From Takakia lepidozioides (taxonomy: Eukaryota > Plantae > Bryophyta): a stretch of 64,000 nucleotides of DNA. How positions within the stretch are numbered: position 1 is the first letter of the stretch; the number at the start of each line of letters is the position of its first letter. The notes beneath the pieces are model-generated. The model was given only the letters and a program-made list of their open reading frames with translations. It did not search any database and was not told the DNA's origin. The stretch spans positions 47,306,001 to 47,370,000 of the forward strand of contig CM060732.1 in NCBI GenBank assembly GCA_030704615.1. Reading direction: 5' to 3'. A program made the position numbers and the translations under genes. This document shows, piece by piece, positions 48,398-60,864 of the stretch.

Positions 48398-51219
48398 TTT
48401 TGCTTTGTATATGAATGGGGGTAGGCCTACAATTGAGAGTTTCCAAAGTATATCATGGAGGTCCCATGCTCACTAGAAATTGTGGGTCAAATCTAAATTG
48501 CAACGGTCAATCTATGCAGTGGCATCTTTCAAAGCACCCTGCCCAAAAACTAGCATGTGGATCAAAATTGCCCCTCAAATGGAGCTTTCAATGACTTTTC
48601 CGGCTGAAGTCCAAGTCAGGATTATGGCAGCCGGAATTGCATGTGATTCAGGCAACGTTTTCCAGGCCCATGTCGTTCTCTCCCACATTTTCACAGGGCC
48701 ATCTCATTCCAACCTTGCCGATGGACGGCCCCCTGGAATTTTGGCCTGGCCGCTCATGCACCTGAGTGCAACTGCCACTCAACTACATGCTTCATTGTCT
48801 TGGGACTGCTTCAACTACCACCTCCCCATGAACTACACATGCGCAAGAAGACCGCCAATACACCCACGCGACCCTTACTATGAACTGAGGGGGAATTGAA
48901 CCCCCTAATTTGCCCTCATCTGCAGACAGTCCCCCCCAAAGCAACACACACACACACCCACACACTCTCGTGAGCCTGGGTGAAAGCAAGCTACGGTGGC
49001 TAGAAAAAGTCCACTGTGTGGCATACACAAGAAGTCCCAAGGTTTTTTAGAGTTTTGATTTGATGATTATGGAAAAAATGTAGTCGCTAGATTCATCCAT
49101 GTTGAAAGATATGAACCATCTAAAATTGACAGTAGCAGACACTATGACATTATTTCTATTTTTCCTAGTACAAGCTATTATTTTTATTTTCTTATTTTAT
49201 TTCCTATATTTAATATTTTTGTTATATCGCATAGTGGGACTCGGCTACTCTTCATCTACATGAAATGTATCTTTTAGTGAAGCAAGTCCATTGTTTTACT
49301 TGTTTCCGTGCATTCATGTACTTTGGCAAAAATCAGTTTTTCGAACTCACAATGATATATAGAAATAAGATATTTTATTATTATTATTATTATTTAGGAC
49401 TTTAGTATCTTAAAGAGTAGAGCAATACTAATATGAGTTCCTTTTATCATATTTATTTTCTATAGTGAGTGCAAAAAATCCATAAGAAGTCTTTTTATGG
49501 ATTGTGACACTGCGTATGCAATTTTCTAAAGTCCATTACTTCGATTATAGTTTGTAGTAGTTGGAAACATAAGAGTAAGTCCCATTTCATCATTGTAATA
49601 AAACTTTGTCTCTAAGGTACAATTGAATCATTGTTGTGACACAAAATGTAGACACCGTAGTTTGCTTTCACCCGCCTATCCACCATGTCTGAAGACCAGC
49701 GTAGCAGCAAATACCTGCAGATGCGATTCTTTCGGACTACACACACACGCACACACGAGTTTGAGTACCATCCACAAGCATGTCCAAAACCGACAGAGCA
49801 ATTAACAGGCCCAGTTCACCGACCTCGGACGAGATGTGCTTCACGGCAACAAGAACCTATCCATGCTTATGCACGAATCATGCATACACCATTGCCTTGT
49901 TGCTAGTAGCTAACAATGGTCCAACCTAGATTTTTTCTAAGAAACGCCCTACTCAACTTATCACAATGGTTCCTATGCTCAATGACATATGCTACTCCTT
50001 GTAATCCAACAAGCATTCACGTTTTTGCCTCCATTGCCCCACCATTGACTGGGGTCAGAAAAGTATTCATTCCATAGCTTCTCCTCGTCTCTGTTTACTT
50101 GTTTATGGATACTTTCCTGTGTCACATGGGCAGTATCATGTCAAAGTCACTCCAAACTATCAAAGATTCAGTCAACCAGCTGTAGTGTGAATGCAGTGGG
50201 GGCAATTTAGAACTTTAATGTTGATCATTGAGTTGTTTGTATTCAAGAGAGGGACCCAGTACCAGTGTGAAAAGGATTAAGTCGTGCCCAGTGGGTTTTT
50301 CATTCATTGGATAAACGAATTTCTCTCGATGGATGGATGTGTTTTCATTGTCATCGCGGATGCAATATCGGGGAAGCCCTGAGAGTGCTGCGGGCAAGGG
50401 AGTGAGCAGGGGCAGTGTGTAGAAGGTGACTTAAGCACATTATGCTTGTCTTGATTTGCCATGAAGCATGATTAGAAGTAATGAAGGGTGAGGGGAGACA
50501 CATGGGAGGTAGCATTGTAACCTGTGCAGTTGCCAGAAGAGGAGAAGCGGTGCCGTCGTTACTATAATGAGTGATAATTTAGGGCTCGCTGGAAGATAAT
50601 CTTGCGAAGAGGCAGCTTGGTAATGTGTGCTCAGGGTAGGGTAGATGAAGGGAGGCGGTGCAGTGATTGCTCTGGTGCTTTGAGAAATGGGAATTGTTGC
50701 AGGATAGTTCAGCAGGGGGGCATGCTGGAGGATACAACTTGATAATATGTGTTCAATCCAGAAGAGGAGAGGCGTTGCAGTCATTGCTTTGATGTCCAGA
50801 AGTGTGGGAATTGCGGGGAAGCAGCAGCCTGATACCATGTACTGCAGACGGAGAGTATGAAACTTAGGCCTACGGAGAGATGAAGGGAGCAGTAGGGAAG
50901 ACGATTGTAGCTAGGAAGAGGGCGGTGTGCCACAGAAACTTGTGTGGTCAAATTGTGAATATTATCCTAGGGTAAGAGGGCAGTAATGAAGGGAAGGAAG
51001 GAGCTGTTAGCAATGACAGAGTGTCACTGCCAGTAGAAGGGGCAGGTCTTGATGAGCTCTTGAGTTTAGTTTTAATGTAGGATGGGAAACTACGGCAATA
51101 GAACGATCTGTAAGTAAGATCTTTGTTTCAAAGAGCGTCGGTGCATGCAAGTGATAGCAGACACTAGGGCAGCAGCTTCCAAGAAGGGTGCCAATTCGGG
51201 CAGCAGGCCCACCTGTGCT

Positions 51220-51816
51220 GAAAAATGAAAAATGGTGGCGGACATTGCCCTACAGACATGTGTTAAAAAATGAACAATAATGGCGGGCCCTACAGACGTG
51301 CTAAAAAATGAAAAAGAGTGGCGGGAGATTGCCCTACAGACGTGCTAAAAAATGAACAATAATGGCGGGAGATTGCCCTACACACGTGCTAAAAAATGAA
51401 GAATGGTGGCCGGACATTGCCCTACACACGAGCTAAAAAATGATCAATAATGGCGGGACATTGCCCTACAGACATGTGCTAAAAAATGAAAAAGCGTGGC
51501 GGGACATTGCCCTACAGACATGTGCTAAAAAATGAAAAAGAGTGGTGGGACATTGCCCTACAGACGTGCTAAAAAATGAAAAATAATGACGGGACATTGC
51601 CCTACAGACGTGCTAAAAAATGAAAAAGAGTGGCGGGACATTGCCCTACAGACATGTGCTAAAAAATGATAAATATTGGCGAGACATTGCCCTACATACA
51701 TGTGCTAAAAATTGAAGAATGGTAGCCGGACATTGCCCTACATGTGCTAAAAAATAAAGAATGGTGGCAGGAGATTTCCCTACAGACATGTGCTAAAAAA
51801 TGAAAAAGAGTGGCGG
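51220..51816. repeat. Minisatellite, about 13 copies of a 44-46 bp unit
   Basis: Unit GACATTGCCCTACAGAC(AT)GTGCTAAAAAATGAAAAAGAGTGGCGG, followed by a duplicated CCGCGGTCATAGGGGTTA(A) at 51878-51925. Confidence 0.95.
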
Positions 51817-53363
51817 GCCCTTTGGGCTGGACATGCCTTGAACCTTGAAGTGTACGTGAGCACGGCTTGAGCACAACCCGCGGTCATAGGGGTTAAATGA
51901 TTTCAAACCGCGGTCATAGGGGTTACATGTTAACAGGCACGGTGCATATGAGTACCTTCAGATTTATTTTCTCAGTGCGAAATAACTTTTCAAGGGCTTA
52001 AACTGCTAATACCGGACTGAAAACCACGATTTTTGTTTTTCTGGGGTTGACCTGCAATGAATAGTCTTTATAACATCGTAATTGTTCGCATAATGTGAGG
52101 AACCCCACGCCCATAGGGTAACATGTTTATCGTGTATAGGTGTTACTTGTTTCTTAAGTGATGTTGTGAGGGCCTATCTGAGCAGTTAAAAAAAGTTTCG
52201 CAAAGTTTTTAGTTTCTCAATTTTAGTTTCGCTGGAGAATATTCGAATGGCATCTATAGAATATACTGATTATTCCCTTGTGCTCACGTGAGAATGCTCA
52301 CACGCTACCCAACCTCGAAGAAGTGTGCACCAACCCAACTTCATACCTATACCATATGTATAGTCATTGTTTTTGCCCATAATGCGGGTATTGCATGGGT
52401 ATTGCCTCTGTCAATACCAGCCTCTGTAGGGTATTGACCTAGGTATTGGAATTGTCAATACCAAGCGATTCGGTTATTAACCCTAGTATTAGAGCCGATA
52501 CTGCCCCACACGAGGGGCATTACCCTATGTAAAGAACTGCCACAATTTTTTTTATAAAAATTAATGTCCAGTGCATTCTGCATTTCGGAATGCACTCGAG
52601 GGAGCTGATGGGGTGCATTCCGAAATACAGAATGCACCGCGATGAATTCTGCTTTTTAACGGCACAATAAATACAAAGAAATTTTTGGGGCAATGCTTTA
52701 CGCTTAGAAAGGGGTGTCAGAAAATTGTATGACGTATGGGGGGTAACCTCACACGAAGTGTGCGCAAGGAATTCTAGAGAGCTTGACAATGTCATGGAGG
52801 TCCACACATTTGGGCAGTAGATGGCCCATGGTCCGCAAGGGAACTTAATTTTACGAAAAAGTCTGTTGATTGGGAATTGAAACATTTTTATTCTACAAAA
52901 ACATAACGTCGATCAGGGATGGAACCCAGAGTTAATTTTATTGTCTTGATAAAATATAATCTTCTGCTTTGGGATTCATTTGCTTTGGATTGTGCCTACA
53001 AGACTGCACAGTTGGCCAGGAGATGCGTGGAACTTGCCCCTGAGTTAAGCCCCACGATGAGCAGCATAGCAATGACCCTCCAACAATTTTTTGCGAAGTC
53101 TCGGGAATGGGAGGACAAAATGTCAGCATTGAAGGGCTTCATAACCAGTTCAATCCAGGCACGCTGAGATTTCTCCGGTAATTTTTGGAGAGGGAGGGCC
53201 AAACCCGTTCAGCCGTGGTGCCGAACATAGTGCAGTATTGTTGTTCTGACAAGAGAGGGGGGTCTCATTCCTAAATTTCATGCTGCAGAAGCAGCATGGC
53301 ACAACCATCACCGGTATGAGCACAGTATTTGGCTAAAACTGAAACTGAAGGGCAGCTCGTCTA

Positions 53364-54077
53364 TTGACCAAACACCAACAGGGGTATGGGGCAGGAAACA
53401 TTGGGACAATGAGTAGTGATAGGGCTGAAATAGGCATGAAATCCAATCAACAAAACATATTAGTGGGGCTGGTGGATTCAGCAGCTTTGTCTCATGGGTT
53501 GTCCTCTCCTCAGACAACTCTTGCTTTGGACAAAAAGTTTCCGTCAGTTGGTCATGGTGTAGAAAACAATGCAGCGATGAGTATAAGCTACAGGGCTAAA
53601 CAACTCATCAAATCCAATCAACTGTCTCAATCAGGGAGACTGGTAGATGTAGCAGATTTGTCTCGTGGATTGCCTTCTCTTCAGACAACTCTACATTTCA
53701 ACAAAGACTTTCCATCATCTATGCTTGGCGCAAATGGAAATGCAACAATCAAATCAAATCAATTTTTGCAATTAGCAAGACTGATGGATGCAGCAGCTTC
53801 ATCTTGCGGGTTGCCCTCTCTTCAGACAGCTCTACACTTGAACAAAAAAAATCCGTCAACTGTGAACGGGACAGGTGGGAATAATCGCACCCAAAATGAA
53901 AAGATAATCAATTACAATGAACCATCACAATCGATGAGGTTGGTGGACACAGCAGCTTCATCCCGTGTGTGGCCCTCTCTTCAGGCAGCTCTACATGTGA
54001 ACAGAAACTTTCAATCAGAGTTTAAACTCAGGGTGGGGAAGCCTACCTTTCAACAATACACAGATGCAGGCACCTGA
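53364..54077 (+). CDS. Uncharacterised ORF with four internal 47-57 aa repeats
   Basis: Four copies of KSNQ....RLVD.A..S.GLPSLQT.L..NK.FPS; the 3' end runs into a LINE fragment. Confidence 0.4.
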   Translation: MTKHQQGYGAGNIGTMSSDRAEIGMKSNQQNILVGLVDSAALSHGLSSPQTTLALDKKFPSVGHGVENNAAMSISYRAKQLIKSNQLSQSGRLVDVADLSRGLPSLQTTLHFNKDFPSSMLGANGNATIKSNQFLQLARLMDAAASSCGLPSLQTALHLNKKNPSTVNGTGGNNRTQNEKIINYNEPSQSMRLVDTAASSRVWPSLQAALHVNRNFQSEFKLRVGKPTFQQYTDAGT

Positions 54078-54360
54078 TGACAGTATTTATTTTCTGTTAC
54101 ACTGTCCAAGATATTCTCACCAGAGAGTGACTCTTAAATCAAGAACATCAAGAACATTGTCCCTGCACCTCTGCTCGGCGACTTTGAACTTTTTGAGGCT
54201 GAGCCTAAAGCCGTGGCCCTGTTGGGATCTAATTGTCGGGCAGATCATTGTCGGGCAGGCCACACACATCAGGTTGATGCAACGTGAAGGGCTCTCTAGA
54301 GCTAATTGTCTATACCATGGTAAATCTCACTATCAAAGTGAGCCCCTCACAAATGAACTA
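54020..54360 (+). mobile_element. Diverged LINE ORF2 3' fragment
   Basis: FKLRVGKP...DDSIYFLLHCPRYSHQR...YHGKSHYQSEPLT is homologous to the 40.2-40.8 kb copy. Confidence 0.6.
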
Positions 54361-54893
54361 TCAGGTCCCTTTAGTTCTGCCCAAAGTCGGTGTGGGGTCT
54401 ATGACCACAAGTCTGCAGCAAACAACATCTTATGAGTAAATTCTCTACATATGGTTATGAGGGCAGTGCACTAGCTTGCCTACCAGCTGGGTGTTTTGAG
54501 CATCCACACCTCTGAGCCTGCATGAGTGGAATACTCCTATTCATTTGCTATGATAGTGGGCAGTGTTGGTTGGTCATTCACCAAAAGATGGGAGTTGGTC
54601 ATGGTTGAGGTGCCTGATTTTATCAATTGTGCCGTTGCAGCTACGGCCTTTAGTTGACCATCTATCCATGGAGGTTTCTGGTAGCTATTGATCCACTAGT
54701 TCATATGCTCAATTGCATCTGCTACTCTCTCTAATCCAACAGGCATTCACCTTTTTGCCTCGATTGTCCCACCATTGACTGGGGTCAGAAAAATATCCAT
54801 CCCATATACTCCTACTGGAATACTCCTATATAGCTTCTCCTCGTCTCAGTTACCTGTTTCTAGATACTTTCATGTTGTCAAATTCCACAATGC

Positions 54894-55300
54894 TCAATCA
54901 ATGCTCCCACATTTGGCATACATGTCCACGAGGGTATTGTTCAAAATCACATCTGGTACAATTCCAGCTTTGGTGATGCAACCATACACCTCTTTGCCCT
55001 TTTCCAGGGCTGCCAGGCTTGCACATGCACTGCAAACGCACACAAACGTGTGGTTGGGCTTCACCCCTTCCCCCATCATCTGCTCATGTAGGTCTCCAAA
55101 GCCTCCATCCCACGCCCCTGATGTGCATACCCTGCAAGCATCGTGTTCCACTGCACCACATCTCGTTCAGCCATAGTGTGTTGAACACTCCTTCGCAACC
55201 TCAATGCTCCCACATTTGGCATACATGTCCACCAGAGTCAATGTTCCCTACTCCTTCAGCTATCCATGCCTCTGCACAAAATCATGCATACATCCTTGCC
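54894..55300 (-). pseudogene. PLS-class pentatricopeptide repeat (PPR) gene fragment
   Basis: EQMMGEGVKPNHTFVCVCSACASLAALEKGKEVYGCITKAGIVPDVILNNTLVDMYAKCGSID, plus a second LVDMYAKCGSIE upstream. Contains stops and frameshifts. Confidence 0.85.
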
Positions 55301-55908
55301 TTGCTGCTAGCAGCTGACAGTGACAGCCTAGATTTTTTCTAAGAAACACCCAACTCAACTTATCACACTAGTTACTATGCTCAATTGCATCTGCTACTCT
55401 CTGTAATCCAACAGGCATTCACCTTTTTGCCTCGATTGTCCCACCATTGACTAGGGTCAGAAAAGTATTCATTCCACAGCTTCTCCTCGTCTCTATTACT
55501 TGTTTCTGGATACTTTAATGTTGTCACATTGGCAGTATCATGTCAAAGTCACTCCAAACTATCAAAGACTCACTCAACCAGCTAACTTGCAGAATTCAAC
55601 ATGAAAATTTAGGGCCGATTCTGATAAGAGGGAAACGTATTCATTCCAGAGCTTCTGCTTGTCTCTGTTATCTGCTTTTTGACACTTTTTTGTTGCCACA
55701 TTGGCAGTAACATATCAAAATCACTCCAAAACCACTATAGAACCACCAATGAGCTAACTTGCAGAATTCAACATGAAAATTTAGGGACGACTCTGATAAC
55801 AGGGAAAACCAGGCTGACATGTGTTGAAGAAGGTACCTTCATTAGCAACGTCTTGTTCTATCAATTGTGCTGCTGCCGCTGCTGTTTCCAGTTGACCATC
55901 TACCCACT

Positions 55909-58400
55909 CACTACAAGAAAAGGGGGCCCTTTGTGACGCCTGAGCCACGCCGCAGCGTCGGAAAAACGCCCTTTTCGGGCAGGGGGCAGGCGCAGAATTT
56001 GCGACGCCCGGCCGTCGCCCAACAGTCGCATGGGCGTCGCCAAAATGACGTTGCAAAAATGCGACGTATGGGGGTCGCGAGCCCCCGCCCCAACTCCCGC
56101 GACTGCCGGACGTCGCTTTTCAGGCCGTCCGATCCGATGGCAAGGGCCTCCGTCGAGCGACGTCTCGCCGTCGCAGCCCTCCAGCCGACGGCGTTGGTGG
56201 GGGCGCCGGCGCGGCGTCGCATCCCTTTTTTTTTCTAACATGCCCGGGAGTCCCATCATAAAACCCAAAAACACGTGGCGTAAGCCGGGTGGTACGCCAG
56301 TGCGTCGCTGCAAGCGACTATTGGGCGTGGCAAAAAAAACAGCAGGAGCAGGAGTCGAGCTCCGCCACGCCCGGGCGTGGGTTTTGGCGACGCTTTGTCG
56401 TCGTTTTTGTTTATATATATATATAATTAAAAATGGCGTAGGCAGGGTGGCGGGCTACGCGACGCCAGGGCGTCGCGGCTTGCGACCCCCGGACCAAAAA
56501 AACACGTCGCAGGGGGTGTCGGGGGTTGCCGCCCACAAATAGGATTGGCGACGCCCGACCGTCGCGACATGCGACCCCTGCCCAAACACGTCGCCATTAG
56601 CGACGTCCTGCAGTCGCGAGGGCAGCCTGGTGGGGGGTTGGGGGTTGATTTTGGGGGTGAATTGGGGGTGGTTTTTTGTTTTTTGTCTGGTTTTGTTTTT
56701 GGGGATGGGAGACCTTACAGTTCCATTTCACTGATTTAGCAGGTACACAATTGAGCAAGCATGAATCGAGGGTGAGGACGGTACGACACATGCATAAGAT
56801 GGAAGATGGAAAGATGGAAATATATTTACAGGAAATGAGCTGAAAAGCTCACAAGGGTTCAGTAGGCTGACCCTGGGACCTACATGGACTAGGACTAGTC
56901 ATCTTCATCCTCATCCTCAGTGGAGGACTCAGAGCTATCCGATGAGCCCGATGACTCTGCGCCCTTTGCCAGAGCATCTAAATGAGGCGGCGTTCCCCTA
57001 AGTCCCACGGAGCTCTCATCCAATCCCTGGGCATGACCCTCGACCTCATCCATACTAGTGCCCTGTAGTGCACTCATCCCCTCCGTGTTGGCCATGTTTT
57101 TCATGAGCAATTGCCAACCATGCTCCTTGGCGTAGTTGTACTCTACCGGAGATGGCTTCCTCTCAAATGCGCATTGCTACACATGCCACAAATTAAAGTC
57201 AGTTCTTCGCGATGATGGAGCCAGAAAGAAGACATAACAAAATCCTTAAGGAAGTACGACTTATAAATCGCAAGATAAAACCTTTGGATCCGCCGGCGCC
57301 CCACTTGTGTGTGGATTCGTGCTTGTCAAGGCGGACTGTTGTTGCTTCGCGTGCCCGGTCAAATTTGGCCTTGTTTTTGGCATCAGTCTCTCCCGCAATG
57401 AGTGCATCCCACGATACCTATGCACCACCCCCCCCCCCCCAACAATTAGTGAATTATACACATACGTTGCATCGAATCCACCTCATTAATGCACATGTGA
57501 CAAATGGAAGGTGACATGATTCAGGATTTGCCAACCTGTGTAATTCCATAAGGTGGTTTGGGTATGGCCCCCTTTTCCATTGCCCTCCGAATGATCTGTC
57601 TGGCACGGTACCTCCTGTCCTTCAAGTTTCGCCCCACCATCTCCATCACCCTTGTGTCATTCCAATTGCCCGGAAACCGGCGGTCTAACTCACGGGCATA
57701 CGCCCGCTTCGCGCCAAAGTGTTGATCTCCTCCTCCCCCCCCCCCCCCCCCCCAAATGCGTATCAGGGTAGAAGCCCTCACCCGGCTTGACTTTTTCGAG
57801 GCGCTTCGCTATCTTGGCCACTTCATTGGCCCTCCTCGTCTCCTCCTCCCTCATCGACAACAATGGGCTGGCAATGGAGGCTTTCAAAGGCCCTTGAACC
57901 TGACGTTGGGCCTGGGCAAGTGCAGCCTTTGCTGCGGAGGAAGGGGTCGCTATGGGGGTGACATCCAAAAGGTGCCCATACCGGGCCCCCGAGCGGGTGA
58001 TGTGCTTGCCAAGGTACATTTCACCCGTCTTGGTGGCCGGGGGTGTGCTCAACTGAGCATTCGGCTCAGCAACAACCTCCCGAATAGGTGAGCTGGATGA
58101 GCCGGCTGAGCCGGCCCCTCGCGCATCCAAGATATGGACAAGAGGGGGGGTACTGGCCTCGGGGGGCAGACGAGCCCTCCGGCTGCGGCTGTCAATGGGG
58201 CTGGTTAGCCGTGAGACGCCCTGGCGCGTCACACGTGCTGGCAGAGCAAACGGATTGTCCGCCGCTTTCTTTGGGGCAGGGGACTTCTTCTCTTTCCCCA
58301 AAAGCTGGCACCTGTCATGCAAACCCACAAGTTGGCCTCATTAGGAACATTCCAGATCAAAAACAAAAAAAACCAAGCATGTCGGGGGCTGAGAGCAGCA
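55909..58400 (-). mobile_element. Right end of the outer CACTA element, inverted, with TnpA-like exons
   Basis: TIR CACTACAAGAAAAGGGGG at 55909, preceded by ACT (AGT on the - strand). 55909-57725 is an inverted homolog of 26160-27962. Confidence 0.85.
56895..58311 (-). pseudogene. CACTA TnpA/ORF2-like gene, downstream exons
   Basis: Acceptor GACAG|G at 58312, then CQLLGKEKKSPAPKKAADNPFALPARVTR... An internal deletion with poly-G filler lies near 57730, followed by exons homologous to 26160-26988. Confidence 0.55.
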
Positions 58401-58414
58401 AGTGCTCGGGGTCT

Positions 58415-60736
58415 CGAGAGGGGGCAACAAAGAGAAAAGAAAAAGGTGGGGGGGGGGGGGAAGTGACTGAGCACCACCACCAGCTGCTGAGCACCGCGGG
58501 CTCAGTCACTCCCACACACCACCGCCCCCCCCCCCCCCCCCCATTTTCTTTTTTTTTGGTTTCCTGATCTCTCCCTCTCTCTCCCTCTGTTACCTGGGTC
58601 TATGGAATTGTTATCCCGACTTCCATATTTTTTGTGCTTAAAATATGGGTTGCAGGGAAAACCGGATGAATTTCATCCTGGTTTCATCCATTTTACCTTG
58701 GCACGTATCTGATTTTTCATTACTGCCTACGATTTTTCAGTATAGCCTAACTTGATTTCATCCAGCCTATACCATAGCTGTGATGTGTTGAACCTTGGTG
58801 TAATTTCCCGATTTTTCTCATCCTACCTTGATGGAAATTGGAATCTGTCCGCCGGGTTCAAGGCTATGCTGGATGAAATTCATCCGGACAGTGGATGACT
58901 GTTGTGGCAAGACAAGGTAGGGTCCCTGCGCAACCCTATTTCTGCCTCTTGCGTTGAAGGATCGCGCTATGGCGGCATGGAGGAGGAGAAGGTGCTCGAG
59001 CTGCAGTTACGTTGAGTTGCCGCTCCTCGAGTTGTTTAAAGCCTCTATGAATGCCGCCCCTATTCATTAAGGAGACGGCAATTCAAGTGCTTAGATTCAA
59101 GTGTATTTGACCTCGGTGAGGGCTTCCACTTAATATGCTGATTGCTAAGTGCTGCAGGGTACCATGAGGATTACAGAGGAGTGAAGATGGTGGCTGGCTG
59201 TGGATTCATCTTGAAATCTAAAAAACTAATCTACTCTATGTTTTTCATGATCCTACCTCTATGTTTGATCTGTGAAGGACAATATAGTGCTACTTGTGGT
59301 GGGTAATCCTTTCCAGATTGGTGGAGGGCCCCTGTTTTGCAAGGATGGCTAAGACTGCCTTGCCTTGCTTTGCCTTGCCTTGCCGTGCCGTGCCTTGCCT
59401 TGCCCCCAACCTGTCAGGTTAAGCATAAAGGCGCTACAATGTATTGTTTGCGGCAGCCCTTTGGGTACCTTCCCATGCATTGTTTAACCCCTGCGTATAG
59501 AGGCGCCTGCGGTCGAGGTTGATGCTCCAGGGTGTTCATACAATCCCACCTTTGACGACCGTGGCTGAGTTATGGTGGTTTGTGTGGGACACATACATCA
59601 GTTTTTAGGCCCTGATTTGCTTTGCCTCCGGTCTGTTAGGGTAAACATATAGGTGCTGCAAATTATAGTTTGTTGCAGCCCTTTGGGTACCTTCCCGGAC
59701 AGTGTTTAACCCTGCAATGATGGCGGAGAATATGGTGGCTTGTGAGGGACACACACATCAGTTTTTAGGCCCTCGCTTACTTGGCTTCAGCTTGTTAATA
59801 AACCTGGCAATGATGGCAAAGACCATGGTGGTTCGTGTGGGACACACACATCAGCTTGTAGCCTTTTTTGGCTTTGTCTCCAGCCTCTGAGGTTTAACAT
59901 ACAGGTGCTGAATGTGATGGCTTGTGTGGGACACACACATCAGTTCTTAGGCCTTGTTTAAACCTTTCAATGATGGCTGAGAAGATGGTGACTTGTGTGG
60001 GACACACACATTAATTCTTAGGCCATGGTCTAACTGGCTTTCAACTTGTTATTAAACATGGCAATGATGGCAAAGATTATGGTGGCTTGTGTGGGACACA
60101 CACATCAGTTTTTAGGCCCTGGTCTACTTGGCTTTCAGCTTGTTAATAAACCTGGCAATAATGGCAAAGATTATGATGGTTCGTGTGGGACACACACGTC
60201 ACTTTGTGGGTCCTGTTTTGCTTTGTCTCCAACCTGTTAGGTTAAACATACAGGTGTTGAATATGATGGCTTGTGTGGGACACACACATCAGTTTTTAGG
60301 CCCTGCTTAACCTTACAATGATGGCAAAGATTATGATGGTTTGTGGGACACACACATCAGTTTTTTGGCCGTGGTTTACTTGGCTTTCATCTTGATAATA
60401 AACCTGGCAATGACGACAAAGATTATGGTGGTTTGTGTGGGACACACACATCAATATGGCCAAGTGGCCAAGTGCCCACCATCCCACCCAGACCTTTGAA
60501 TGTATATCCTGATTATGACTGGTGTTCAATCAGTATTTTTACTTACTCTTTGGGTTATGAAGATTACTGACATGAACACATTATTGTGCATGGAGGCAAT
60601 TCTGGATTTTCCAGCTTGATGATTGATGGATGGTGCCAGTGAAAAGTGGCTGATATGTCTGATTATTCTTATTTTTCCTGACAACGACCCTAGGGGTCTT
60701 GTCCTTGTCTTGACATGACAAAAGTATCTTCCCTCT
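58415..60736 (-). repeat. About 2.3-kb repeat, copy B (inverted relative to 36820-39492), including the tandem array at about 59570-60460
   Basis: Reverse-complement identity with copy A. Confidence 0.9.
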
Positions 60737-60864
60737 TTTTTTTGCTGCTCACAAAAATAAACAAACCACAAAGGAGAGAGGGTGCAGAAAAAGTTAAAAA
60801 GATTGTACTCATAAGACGTTGTTTGTTGTAGCCTTGTGGCCATTGACTCCGCGCCCAGTTTGAG

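Noticed and set aside
51220-51816. Possible CRISPR array
   Set aside because: Units are contiguous near-identical repeats without unique spacers.
39492-58415. Single inversion by recombination between the two inverted 2.5-kb repeats as the full explanation of the flipped CACTA end
   Set aside because: It would separate or reorient the 48023 piggyBac end relative to 62508, yet their flanks rejoin perfectly. It is not sufficient on its own.
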